Both the position numbers and the translations under genes were made by a program. This document shows, piece after piece, positions 38,611 through 50,400 of a DNA stretch of 64,000 nucleotides. The notes under the pieces were generated by a model. That model was not told where the DNA came from and ran no database searches. It saw nothing but the letters and a program-made list of their open reading frames with translations. Origin of the DNA: an uncultured Bifidobacterium sp. (GTDB taxonomy: Bacteria; Actinomycetota; Actinomycetes; Nanopelagicales; Nanopelagicaceae); assembly GCA_964418325.1 (NCBI GenBank), contig CAYQLC010000001.1, positions 19,324 to 83,323 on the forward strand. Direction: 5' to 3'. Each line of letters starts with the position of its first letter. Within the stretch, counting starts at the first letter, position 1.

Positions 38611-39339
38611 GTGACTACCAATAGCAAGGACTCAAAACAGGATCTGAAGAGGATTCTTGTCGTCGATGACGAACCAAATATCAATGACCTGATTTCTACG
38701 AGCCTCAAGTTCTCCGGATTCGAGGTGCGCTCTGCCATGAACGGAGCGCAAGCACTTGCCATCGCTGAAGAGTTCAAACCTCATGCCCTGGTACTCGATG
38801 TGATGATGCCAGGAATGAATGGCTTTGAAGTCTGCGAAAAGTTGCGTAAAGAGGGATTAAAAGTTGGCGTTCTCTTTTTAACCGCTAAGGATTCCACAGA
38901 TGACAAAGTCACTGGGCTGACTATTGGTGGCGATGACTACATGGTCAAGCCTTTTAGTCTTGAAGAGTTGATTGCTCGAGTTCGGGCAATCCTTCGTCGC
39001 ACCGGAGATATCGAGATAGACATAGACGACGAGTTGATTAGATTCGCTGATTTGGAATTAAACGAAGCTACCCATGAGGTACGTCGTGGTGGAGAATTGG
39101 TTGAACTCTCGCCAACTGAATTCACACTGCTGCGTTATCTATTAATTAATGCGGATCGAGTTGTTTCGAAAGCACAAATTCTTGACCACGTTTGGCAATA
39201 CGACTTCCGCGGCGATGCCGGTATTGTTGAAACTTATATCTCGTACCTGCGAAAGAAGATTGATACCTACGAGCCACAATTAATCCATACTGTTCGCGGA
39301 GTTGGTTACCGCTTACGATTGCCAAGCAAGGTGGCATAG
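38611..39339 (+). CDS. OmpR-family response regulator (canonical receiver)
   Basis: ILVVDDEPNI..ALVLDVMMPGMNG..LFLTAKDS..GGDDYMVKPFSLEEL.. with all conserved receiver residues; winged helix ..VRGVGYRLR. GTG start with GAGGTGAAGG upstream. Confidence 0.9.
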   Translation: MTTNSKDSKQDLKRILVVDDEPNINDLISTSLKFSGFEVRSAMNGAQALAIAEEFKPHALVLDVMMPGMNGFEVCEKLRKEGLKVGVLFLTAKDSTDDKVTGLTIGGDDYMVKPFSLEELIARVRAILRRTGDIEIDIDDELIRFADLELNEATHEVRRGGELVELSPTEFTLLRYLLINADRVVSKAQILDHVWQYDFRGDAGIVETYISYLRKKIDTYEPQLIHTVRGVGYRLRLPSKVA

Positions 39340-39341
39340 GC

Positions 39342-40790
39342 ATTAAGTACTCGTTTGGTACCGCGAGCCTAAAAAATCGCTTAACAGTCAGCGTTCTCAT
39401 TTTGAGTGCGCTTGGAATCGGAATCGCTGATTTTGCTGCTCATACCGCCTTGAAGAGTTATCTCATCGGTCGACTAGATGATCAACTCAATGCAGTTGCG
39501 GGTGGCTCTTTTCTTCGCCTTGACCGCGCTGGAATTGAGCCAGACGGTGATGATGACATTGCTGACATCGATGGCCGAAGCGGACCATTACGGAAGGTCC
39601 CTTCTGCAATTAGCGTCACACTCCTCGATCCATCGGGAACCATCATCGGCAGACTTGGTGGTGAATTAAACACCGAACGGGTTGAGCGCGTGGTTGCTGG
39701 AATCACTCCAGAACTAGTTGCGGAGAAGCAAGGCAAACCCTTCACCATCATCAAAGATAAGGCGCACTTTCGAGTTCTTGCTCGCCTTCTCCCCTCCGGT
39801 GCTGGCAGCGCTGTGGCAGCGCTTTCGCTGGAAGATGTAGAACGAACGCTTGGCCGACTCCAGATCCTCTTCTTGTTTACCGGTTTATTGGTGCTCCTCC
39901 TGGTCGGCGTGATCTCGCGAGTGGCTATCCGATTGAGTATGAAACCATTAACTGCGGTCGAGGGAACCGCGGAAGCCATCGCTAATGGGGATCTCTCTGC
40001 TCGGTTACCCGATGCCAAACCAAACTCTGAAGTTGGGCGCCTGACTGCCTCTCTCAACCGAATGCTTGGGCGAATTGAAGAATCTTTTGCTGTGCAGCGA
40101 CGAAGTGAGGAGAAGCTTCGCCGTTTTGTCGCTGACGCAAGCCATGAGTTACGTACACCACTGACTGCTATTCGCGGATTTGCCGAGTTGCATCGTCAAG
40201 GAGCGATCAGTGGTGAAGAAAAGACGCGTGAGTTAATTGGGCGAATTGAAAATGAATCAAAACGAATGAGCACGCTCGTAGAAGATTTGCTCACTCTCGC
40301 GCGCCTCGATCAAGCTCGACCGATTGCTAATGAAGCAGTAGATGTGAAGAAAGTAATCGATGATGTGATGCAATCTGTAAAAGCAAGTAAGCCAACTGCG
40401 AATATCACCATCCAGATGCCTGCTGATGAGGTTTTTATCATCGGAGATTCGGTCAAGGTCTATCAAGCAGTACTTAATTTGGGAGTAAACGCAGCAATCC
40501 ACACCCCGGATTACACTCCCATCACAATCTCTCTTGAGCAAGGCGACGAGTGCGTAAAGATAAAAGTGCGGGATTTAGGTCCTGGACTTACTCCAGAGCA
40601 GCAGAAGCGTGTCTTTGAAAGGTTTTACCGAGTTGACCAATCTCGTACGTGGACAGGTACCGAAGGAAGCGGCCTTGGCTTATCCATCGTGCAAGCAATC
40701 ATGGATGCACATCACGGAAGCGTTGACATTGAGAGCGAATTAGGGCGCGGCACCATGTTTACTTTGACCTTTCCCGTCAAAGAAAACTAA
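39342..40790 (+). CDS. Sensor histidine kinase (TM-sensor-TM-HAMP-HisKA-HATPase_c); probable non-canonical ATT start
   Basis: H-box [20 protein letters not shown]-box ..[12 protein letters not shown].., G-boxes VRDLGPGL.. and GSGLGLSIV. The frame is open from 39264. The first canonical start (TTG 39402) would truncate TM1. ATT 39342 gives [34 protein letters not shown].. and has AAGGTGG 7 nt upstream. Confidence 0.8.
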   Translation: MKYSFGTASLKNRLTVSVLILSALGIGIADFAAHTALKSYLIGRLDDQLNAVAGGSFLRLDRAGIEPDGDDDIADIDGRSGPLRKVPSAISVTLLDPSGTIIGRLGGELNTERVERVVAGITPELVAEKQGKPFTIIKDKAHFRVLARLLPSGAGSAVAALSLEDVERTLGRLQILFLFTGLLVLLLVGVISRVAIRLSMKPLTAVEGTAEAIANGDLSARLPDAKPNSEVGRLTASLNRMLGRIEESFAVQRRSEEKLRRFVADASHELRTPLTAIRGFAELHRQGAISGEEKTRELIGRIENESKRMSTLVEDLLTLARLDQARPIANEAVDVKKVIDDVMQSVKASKPTANITIQMPADEVFIIGDSVKVYQAVLNLGVNAAIHTPDYTPITISLEQGDECVKIKVRDLGPGLTPEQQKRVFERFYRVDQSRTWTGTEGSGLGLSIVQAIMDAHHGSVDIESELGRGTMFTLTFPVKEN

Positions 40791-41365
40791 TTAATTTTGC
40801 TCTGATGAAAGTTAAGCCACGATTTACTTGGGGTTGGGCCACGTTGTCCTTGGTATCGTGAACCATAAACAGCGCTGCCGTAAGGGTGCTCTGCTGGGCT
40901 AGATAATCTGATCAAACATAGTTGACCGATTTTCATTCCAGGAAAAAGTTTCACCGGCAAGTTTGCGACATTTGATAGCTCTAGCGTGATGTGACCTGAG
41001 AATCCAGGATCAATGAAACCTGCAGTGGAGTGCGTGAGTAAACCGAGGCGACCCAAGGAAGATTTACCTTCGAGTCTTCCGGCGATGTCATCGGGAAGCG
41101 TGATTACTTCATAAGTGCTCGCAAGAACGAATTCACCTGGATGCAAGATGAAGTGCTCGTCGCTATTGACCGCGACTTCGCGGGTGAGCTCCGGCTGCTC
41201 TTTAGAAGGGTCAATCACCTCATACTTATGATTTTCGAAGACTCGGAAGAATCGGTCGAGTCGGACATCAACGCTCGAAGGCTGAATCATCGCCTTCTCG
41301 AAGGGGTCAACTTTGACTCGGCCAGCCTCGATTTCGGCCCGGATATCGCGATCAGAGAGCAACAT
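40787..41365 (-). CDS. dcd: dCTP deaminase
   Basis: [41 protein letters not shown].. are typical of Dcd. Confidence 0.9.
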   Translation of the reverse strand: MLLSDRDIRAEIEAGRVKVDPFEKAMIQPSSVDVRLDRFFRVFENHKYEVIDPSKEQPELTREVAVNSDEHFILHPGEFVLASTYEVITLPDDIAGRLEGKSSLGRLGLLTHSTAGFIDPGFSGHITLELSNVANLPVKLFPGMKIGQLCLIRLSSPAEHPYGSAVYGSRYQGQRGPTPSKSWLNFHQSKIN

Positions 41366-41412
41366 GGTTGGCGACCCTACCCCAAATTATCTAGGCTTAC
41401 GAAGCGCTACAC

Positions 41413-41483
41413 GCGGGCGTAGTGAAATGGCATCACAAGAGCTTCCCAAGCTTTTAGCGCGGGTTCGATTCCCGTCGCCCGCT
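41413..41483 (+). tRNA. tRNA-Gly (anticodon CCC)
   Basis: Folded by hand. Acceptor GCGGGCG/CGCCCGC, D-stem GTGA/TCAC, anticodon stem AGAGC/GCTTT, loop TTCCCAA, T-stem GCGGG/CCCGT with T-loop TTCGATT, discriminator T, no encoded CCA. Confidence 0.9.
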
Positions 41484-41487
41484 CTCT

Positions 41488-44400
41488 CTAGCGGGTATAT
41501 ATCTGAACCCGACGATTCTTTGGATTCTGATATTTATCTTTCTTCAATGGCGAACTATTACCCCGACCTACAGCCGAGAATTTTACCTTCGGCAGAAGTT
41601 TCTTCATCGCATCGGCCACTTGAGTTGCTCGCTTGGTAGATAGCGCCGAAGTCTTGACTAGTGGTGCATTCTTAAACTGATCAGAGTGGCCGGTGATTTG
41701 AACCTCACTGAAGCCCGATACGAGGACAAATGCAGCCATTTCACGAATCTTCTTTGTGTAGGTCTTAGCTATGTTCGATGAGAATCCATCGAAGTAAATT
41801 CGTCCTACCAGACGGAACTTAGCAGCAGGTATGTATCTACCAATGACTCTATCTACAGTGGTAGTTCCTGAATTATTCAAAGCTTCAATTGCAAGATTAC
41901 TGTTCCCGCCGTAAAGCCCCTTGACGGTACACGTAGTGTCACTAGTTTCACAGAGCACTTTGCCACGAACCACTACTCGGTACTTTTCAGCCTTCTCTCC
42001 AGGCAACAACGTCCAAGCAATAATTGTGTCGTTTGCACCGCTTGCGAAGGCATACGTACCTTCTTGGAAAATACCTTTATATGTCCAATTGAAGATTGAT
42101 ACTGCTGATTCAAGGTTCTTAGCGCCAATTGCTACTACTGAGATCTTGTAGGTCCGCCCCTTAGAAACATCAATCTTCAGATTCTTGTCAGTCGTTGTGA
42201 AAATCAGTGGTTCGCCTACATTTGGAGTCACTGTCACCCGGAACTTCTCGGCATAACTTGGTTGCTCCCACGTCATCGCGACGAGATTGACCCCGGATTG
42301 ACTGGCAACAAGTGCTACCGGAGCTAGGGGAGGTAATGCGTAGGCGATTGTTTGCTGAGAGTCAACTTTCTTCGAGGCAACGGGAATTGCGCTGATTGAG
42401 TAAGCCAGACCGGGTTTGAAGGTATTAAGTAGCTCGCCACTATCTACCTTGTCACTCTCAACTTCAAATTTCTCATTGAGTGACGAGATGATGACGATTT
42501 TCACTGGCTTTGTGGTGCCTTCCCAGCGAATTCGAAGGCCCGTTGCTTCATCAGTTCCCCACAATCTCGTGAGCACATCCTCAGGGTCCTCGATTACAAC
42601 GGGCGTTGGCGCTGGTGCAGGGGCTCCTCCACCGCCACCTCCACCTCCACCTCCACTTGGCGCTGGAGCCGGTGCTGGACCAGTAATTGTCAAAGTGGCC
42701 GTAACTGGTTCTGCCGCCTCATATGCGCTATTTCCAGATTGCGATGCAGTAATGACGGTAGTTCCTGCGGTAAGAATGACAACCAAACCTTCGACGATAT
42801 TTGCCACAGCCGTATTACTCGAGGTGTATGTAATTGGTAGATTCGATGACGCCGTGGCACCAGGAGCGAATGGGGTATCTGTCGTCAATTTCGTGAGAGT
42901 GGTGAGCATGGTGATGGTCTGTGCCAAACCGGGAGCAGTCGTAAAGAGCAAATTCGCCGGTCCACTATAACCACCGAATGGCAACCCTGATGAATCAATA
43001 ATTGCACCAGGATCAATCTCTAGATAGTAGATCGTATTGGTTGCGAAATCACCGTCAAAATTAATTGTGATGGTATCGCTGCCAAAACCGGTTACTTGTG
43101 AATCGGTAACAGAAAGTTGGTGTACAAGCTCTCCACCAAATTTACGAAGAGTAATTGCACCTATTTGTGAATTGACGACTTCGCTGAAAGTAAGCGAGAT
43201 GTTTGCACTCACTACAACATTTACAGAGCCATCAGCGGGAATCTTGTTTATGACTGTTGGAGCGGTGCGATCGATAGTAACTGTGCTTGCCCGGAAGGGA
43301 ACACCGGGCGTCGTCACATTGGTGGAATGCAATACGCTATTGGCACTCAATTCAAGAATCAGCGTACCCTCGCTGCAGTTTGTTACATAGACCTTAATCG
43401 GAGCACCGGTGGTGAGATATGAACTGCTCTGCGGAGTGAATACACAGCCGATTGCGCTGCCTTGATTATTAAAATCGCCAGGCTCTATTCCTGTTATGTT
43501 TCTACTAAAACTGACATCAAACATGATTGGTTGATCGGCCGCGTAAGTTGTGAGAACAAACGGCGCAATCATCGTCACGATTGTTCCTGCTGTATCGACC
43601 TTTAGAACCGCCGACGAGAGCGATCCACCAGTCGTCGTATTACCAGCGGTATCTGAAGGTGCGCCACTGAATGTCCAGTAATAGCAATACCCTGTAGTCA
43701 GCGTGGTGGCAGCATTCTTCGTTTGGGTTCCTTGAGCTGAAAACGCGCCACAACTATCCCCTGTTAACGTAGCCCGCATCAAAGTCACCGTGCCACTTGA
43801 AGCAAGGGAGACTGAATCAACAACGCTCCAATCGGGTGTGATGGAGGTTGAAGTGGTGAAACCACCCGTGGTAGGTGAGATCCATGTGATCACCGGTGCG
43901 GCGCGATCGATAGTCACGGCAGATGATGTGGAGTTAGCCACCGTTCCTAGATTGCTGGCAGCATCCGACACCGAATTCAACTTCAACCGGAGCGTGAGTA
44001 TTCCATCAGAACATCCTGTCACCGAAAGCGTTATCACAGTTCCGGTATCTGAACTTGGCGTGAAAATACAACCGACTGCTTTAGCAGAAGTGGTGTTTGC
44101 ATTGACAAAATCGCTGAAGGTCAATCCTGAGATACTTTCGCTAAATGTCAATGTATAAGAGAGCGGAAGTGAAGTTGCAGTGGCACCTGGTGCAGTCCAG
44201 ATTAATGTGGGTGCAGTGCGATCAATCGTTATGGAACCGCTTGTAACGGCTGAAAGTGGTCCTCTGTTTGTGGATGCATCTACCACGCTATTGGGAGCCA
44301 GGCGCAAAATCAAAGTTCCTTCAGCACAATTAGTCACAGTGACATTGAAGGATGACCCGGCACTCGCCGAAGGAGTGAATAAGCACCCAGTTGCGGTTCC

Positions 44401-47400
44401 GGTGTTAGAAAAGTCACCGGAAGCCAATTCTGTAATAGCCTCGCTAAATGCTAATTGGAAGACAAAGGAAGTTAACTTCGAGGGGCTAGTAATGCTTGAG
44501 AGGACACCCGCGGTAGGTGCGCTGCCAGAAATTTGTAAGACATCAGTGGAAGCTGCAGACAGATTCCCAGCTGCATCAACAGCGTAGGCGACGAAAGATC
44601 CATTAGATAATCCAGTCGCTTCGATAGAAGCCGAGGTGTCTGCAAGAACGCCCGGTGTTGCATTCCAGAGGAAATCTAATAACGCCAAGATGGAGGCTTC
44701 AGTTGTCACTATCTGATCAGCGCGAACAAGATAGATCTTTCCAGACTCATTGCTCGTAGCGACTCCAGAGCCAGTGTTCTTGATAAGAGCGGGTATCAGA
44801 GTCACACTCGGTGGAGTTCCATCCGTAATTGTCACCGCTATCGTGCCGCCTACGCTCATCCCACCATCACCATCATCGACCGTGATGGTCAAAGTTCGAG
44901 TTGTTACTGAGCTGCTGCTTGAGATCAATAAAGCTTCGATAACGGACTCAACGATTGCCCTAGTAGCAGCAGTTGTCGAGAATGAAATCAACAAATCTGA
45001 ACCAATACCGCCAGAGATGGTTCCAATCTTCTGCCACGTACTACCGTCGCTCCATTGAATTTCTAGCCCGGCCTTGCGGATTGCTCCCGCTGCCGAAGCT
45101 GTAGTACTCGAGATTGACACCACATCACCATCGAGCAATCCGGAGACTCTGACAGAACCTTCGAAATAGTTTGGGGAATCGGCATCAGTGAGCGTGACCG
45201 AGGAATCTAAAGTTTGCGCAGCCGCACGCTCTGGAATGGATTTGGCAGTCAAGTCAGAGAGAACTGGAACATCATTCACCGAAATCACCGCAATCGAAGT
45301 GACTACCGAGGTGTTCTTCAATCCTGTACTGTCCGTGATTTCCCAGGTGACGGTTCGAGAGGAATAGAGAGCGGTCGGATTAGTCGAAGTACTGGAGTAC
45401 TTCACGGCGCGCAATGCCGCTTGATATTGCGTCGCGGAGGCGCTTCCCGAGAGCGTCAGCAAACCAGTGCTTGCCGTATAAACGGCAGTGATTCCACCCA
45501 TTGTCGTGGGGTCGACTGCAAGTGCAAGAACATCACCTGTAGTTAAACCGGCTGAGATCTTGACGGTGGCACTAACAATTTGTCCATCAAGATCATTGAG
45601 TGTGAAATTGGATTCAATTGCTTGCCCCGGTTGACCTTCAGTATAAGTGAGTGAGCCTCCAGAGAAGCCAATCAACCGAATTTCAGCAATTTGGATAGAG
45701 TTTGCATCTAGTGGCGTACGAACTGAATCCCACCGAATCTTGTAATAACGATAACTTGAGGAATTGGTGAAGTTCATAGCAGGATAGATCGCACCGCGAT
45801 CAATCGGGGCACCAACACCAGAAATACTCGCAATTTTTGTCATACCTGATGTGCGGGAAACATTCGATCCGAAAATAGTAAAACTCACTGGATCTCGTGA
45901 GACTAAGTCGTTTCCGGTCGTCATGCCTATTCCTGTTAACGTATAAATGGCCCCAGCATCAATCAAAAGACTGGAAGTCTGATCGAAGTTGAGGAACTTC
46001 GTTCCATCTAGGTCATCAAAAGCATAGTTACAAGTTTCACCCACAGGCATCTCGCCAAAGTCAACCGCATAAGGTGTATCGAATCCACACGTTGTTGTTG
46101 CAGGCACTGGTGAGAAATCACTCGATGGAGTGGTTGAAATCGCAACGGTAGGCCGATCATTGACTCCAATAAAAGTGAATGTAATGTTATTTGTTACGGT
46201 GTTTGTACCATTGTCAAGAGTTACGACAAAAGTCTCTGTAACTGTGCCAGTTAAAGCATTAATTTGTGCATCATTAGGAACAAAACGCCAATTTCCATGA
46301 TAGTTGTTATAAATTGCCTCAGTTGTATTAACAATCCATAGTGTTCCGTAGGTACCAACTTTTCCTACTGTGTACTTGACCACCGCAGTGTTAGGTGGAG
46401 TTGTCGAAGAGGTTGGGTAACTGGTCCCTCCAGTAATGCCAAAAACAAGTGTTCCCGCGGGAACGCCCGAAGCCACTCCGGTCGTGTCAAGAAAATCGTC
46501 ATTAATGGATGTATCGGTGTAAGTCACTGATGAAGGGGTGATATTGAGAGTTAGCGGTCCACTCGTTATCACTAGAGCCTTGTTCGCTCCCAAAGATCCT
46601 GCGGCTCCAGGTGCGGGCAAAGTGAGTACCGCCGCTCCATTCGCGTTCGAAATCGTACCGCCAGACAAAGTGAGTGCGGATGTGCTGTTGTAATCCAAAT
46701 CTCCTGAACCATCACCATTTTGAACGGTATATGTGAAGGTGAGCGTGTTCGTCCCAGAGCCTGATACAAAAGCGGCAAGTCGATCAACGCTGCCAGTCTC
46801 TAAGAGTAACGTTGGTGCTCCAGTTACCGTGACGGGTCCAGAGAAGACAATCTGGATTGAGATTGGATTCCCCGGGACGAAAGTTCCATCGGCAGTTGAA
46901 GAAGTCACATTAATGACTTTTGGTACGACCAAATTTGTTACTGCTTGAGCTGTGAAACTAGGGGCATCGTTGTAAGCGAGATCTTGAATATCACCTGTTA
47001 ATGCCGAATCAGTGTATGAAAGAGTCACCACATCAGTTGGATTTATCGTTGTTGCTGGAGTCAGTGTGACTACGCTATTCAGCACCGAACGTGCAGTTGG
47101 TGTGCTGATAACACCACCAATTGAAAGTGAAAATTGGGTAGTTGCCGGTAAATATGTACTTGTTGTTGCTAAATTCTCGCTATAGGTAAGAATGACTGCG
47201 GTTCCAGATGAATTGGTAGTGACAGATACCAATGCTGGAGGTGTCGAATCCAGAGCGGTGAAATTCCATGTCGAATTATTGGATATACCCGCATACGAAT
47301 TATTCGCGGTATCCACAATTGCGCCAGCAGGGATGTTGACGTAGTAAGAAATTGAGCCTACGAAAGTTCCCGAAGGGTCGATTGTTATCTGGTTCGTTCC

Positions 47401-50400
47401 CCAACCGGAGATTCGTGGATCATTTACCGTGATGCTCTCAAATGTACTCGCATCTGAGCTAACTTTAATAGTTATAGAACCAGTACCTTGATTTACAATT
47501 TCACTGAAAGTCATAATTAGATTTTGATTCACAGCAACTGTAGTCAGATTATCTGATGGGCTAAGAGTGGTTACAGTGGGTGGAACATTATCTGCAGCTG
47601 AAGTGAAATTTAATTCGGTACTTGTATTAAATCCCGAATAGTAATTGTTTCCGACATCTTTGATGAAATTCCCCGGAATGGTCAAGTAATAATCAGTTGA
47701 ATAGGCAAGATTATTTGTAGGATTTATTGTCAATGAGTTACTCGACCACGATAATAATGTGGAGGAGTAAGCGAAAACCTCGACCACACTTCCATCAGAA
47801 ACTTTCCTCAACATGAGTGGTTGGAAGAAAGAGCCCGTCCCCGAGACTGTTCCAGTGTTGGCGCTACTTAAGGTGATTGTGGTTCCCGAGATTCCAGTAA
47901 CTACTGCATTGAGAGCGATACCTGTTCCCGTTACGCCTTGACCGATACTGATCCCATTAGAATTTGAGACTGTAATCGTGCTCTGGCCATTGGTGCCCGT
48001 CACGGTTGGTTGAATAACTGCCCTAAAATTCACATTTCCTGAAACCGCGCCGACGTTGGCGACGCTGAGATTTACCGTAGTTCCGGAAATGCCGGTTACC
48101 GTCGCATTGCTCGCAATGCCTGTAGTGCCAAACACAAATTGACCAACCAGGATGCCGCTAGTATCCGGGACTGTAATGGAACTTTGACCCGAAGTTCCAG
48201 TAGCCGATTTAACGACGGTGCCCCCGTAGTAGATATCCTCGCTAAAATTAAGAACGAGATTAGAGGTAATACCAAATCCTGTGCTGTTATCTGCAGGTGA
48301 ACTACTCACCAGAGTTGGTGCAACTGTGTCAGTCGTTACAGAGAAATCCAGAGCAGTATTCGTGGCCAATCCCATAAAGGCATTTCCTGACACATCCTTC
48401 AAAGCGTTCGCATCTACCAGGATGAAATACGAATAACCAGGAAGTAAATCATTGGTCGGATCTATGGTGAGGGTTGAGGTTCCCGAGCCAGTAACTCTCG
48501 TGCTTGTGGACACAAAACTCTCGTATGTCAAATTACCATTAGGCGAATTACTTGCAGGCCTTACGCGCACAATTGATATTGAAAGACTCGATTGAAAGAC
48601 CACATTTTCACTGAAATTTAGGACAATATTGGAATTCAACGCCACACTCGTTGCATTGTCCGCAGGTGTAGAGGAAACCAGTGTTGGGGCAACGTTATCA
48701 AATGAAACTGATTGATCACTACCACTTGCTCCAATCGCCGCATTCCCCTGTGTATCGCTTATAGAGAAAGTGAGCGATGGCGCAATGGTCACAACCCCAA
48801 CTGCAGAGGCAGTGACATTTATGATGCAATATGTAGTTGAACAAATTGTAGACGAGAAGACCCCATTAGTTATGGTGAAATCTGAGGCTTCTACAGTTGA
48901 GAGGTCGAGGCTCTCATTTGAAATCAGTTCAAACTTAATTGCACTTGTACTTGTGGGATCTGCTTGAAGAGTGACTACACCAAAAGTGCCTGTGGCCGAG
49001 CAACCTTGTTGAAGTGTTAAGGAAGGTGCGACGGTATCCGCTAAACTTGTAAATGAGTTAAAAGTAGTTATTGCTCCCACGCCGGAATTAGCACCAACCT
49101 GACGGTTAGGACTTCCAGTCACCGCAAAAGAGCTCCCATCCTCTGACATAGCGACAGTTTGACCAAAATAGCTATTTGCGGTTGGAGATTCCAAAGTGCG
49201 CAAGACTCCGTTTTGCGACCAAGTGCCTCCACTAAATTCCATGAAAGCAATCGAGCCTGCCCGGTCGTAACATCCAATACGATCGCCGGCCATACCAATC
49301 ATCGCAACATTCCCGTTTGCGCTTAGTGCAACCGAGAAAATATCGCGCGAGCCTGCTGCACTTGGAGCGATGTTTACCGGTGTTCCCCATGCCCCACCTG
49401 TAAATCTGTATATGTAAACGCTGTAATCTCCGTTGTATCCTGCAGCAGCAACAGTCGTGCCATCGTCAGATACCGCTACTGAGTACCCAAAGTTGTCATT
49501 AGTAGATGCAGTGGCCCCCGAGCGATCACCCTTAACCAACGTTTTGGTCAAAGTCCAAGTACTACCCGATTTAGTGTAGATAAGTGCGTTACCAGCTGAC
49601 GAAGGCGAACCTGCATAATCAGCCGAGAAAACAATAACGTTACCATTGTCAGAAATATCGACATCTCTTCCGATAGAACTCGCCAAAATAGTCTGTTGTA
49701 GAACCCACGCGGAATAGAGCACGGGTGTTCCAGATGGCCCCGGAGAGGCAGATGGATTTGGCGTATTCACTTGTATTTCTGCGCTATTCGCAGCGCTTGA
49801 AGAATTTTTGTAAGACGAGATCACAGCAACTGAGCCATCTCCAGACAAGGCCACAGCATTTCCATATTTATCTCCGTCTGACGGAACTGCGCGATCAAAA
49901 ACTTTCGATAGCGCCCAAGCGCCACTTATATACTCAAATAAATAGGCTCTTCCAAAATTTCGATTAACGGTACTTCCAGACATGGTGCTGTAATTCGTAT
50001 ATTGAAAATACGTAAATGAGGTAGAAGGGGCGCCAACAAGAACTAAGTTGCCATCGTCTGAAATATCAACTGAGGCTCCAAATTCTGAATTTGCTGGCGC
50101 GAGATCAACTACACCCGAACCCGAAACCGCAGTTGCCGCAAGATTAAAACTATTTACGAAAAAAGAGATAGTATTATTGGTTACTTCACTAATTTCCTTA
50201 TTCGTCACATTAAAAGTGGTATTCCCAGTTCCAGTAATCGTGATTTTCTCACCAGGAAGAAACCCATGAGGGCTCGAAGTTGTAACGGTACCTTTTCTGC
50301 CCCCATCAGTAATAGTGATTTGCGTAATTGAGACTGTACGAGTGGCGAGTGAATTAAGTGCTTGACTTAATGAGCATGCACTTGAAGTGCAGTCATAGAC

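Noticed and set aside
42416-42970. 184-aa plus-strand ORF containing a poly-proline run
   Set aside because: It is the antisense mirror of the Gly10/(Ala-Pro)n hinge inside the giant minus-strand gene. It has no SD and is a shadow ORF.
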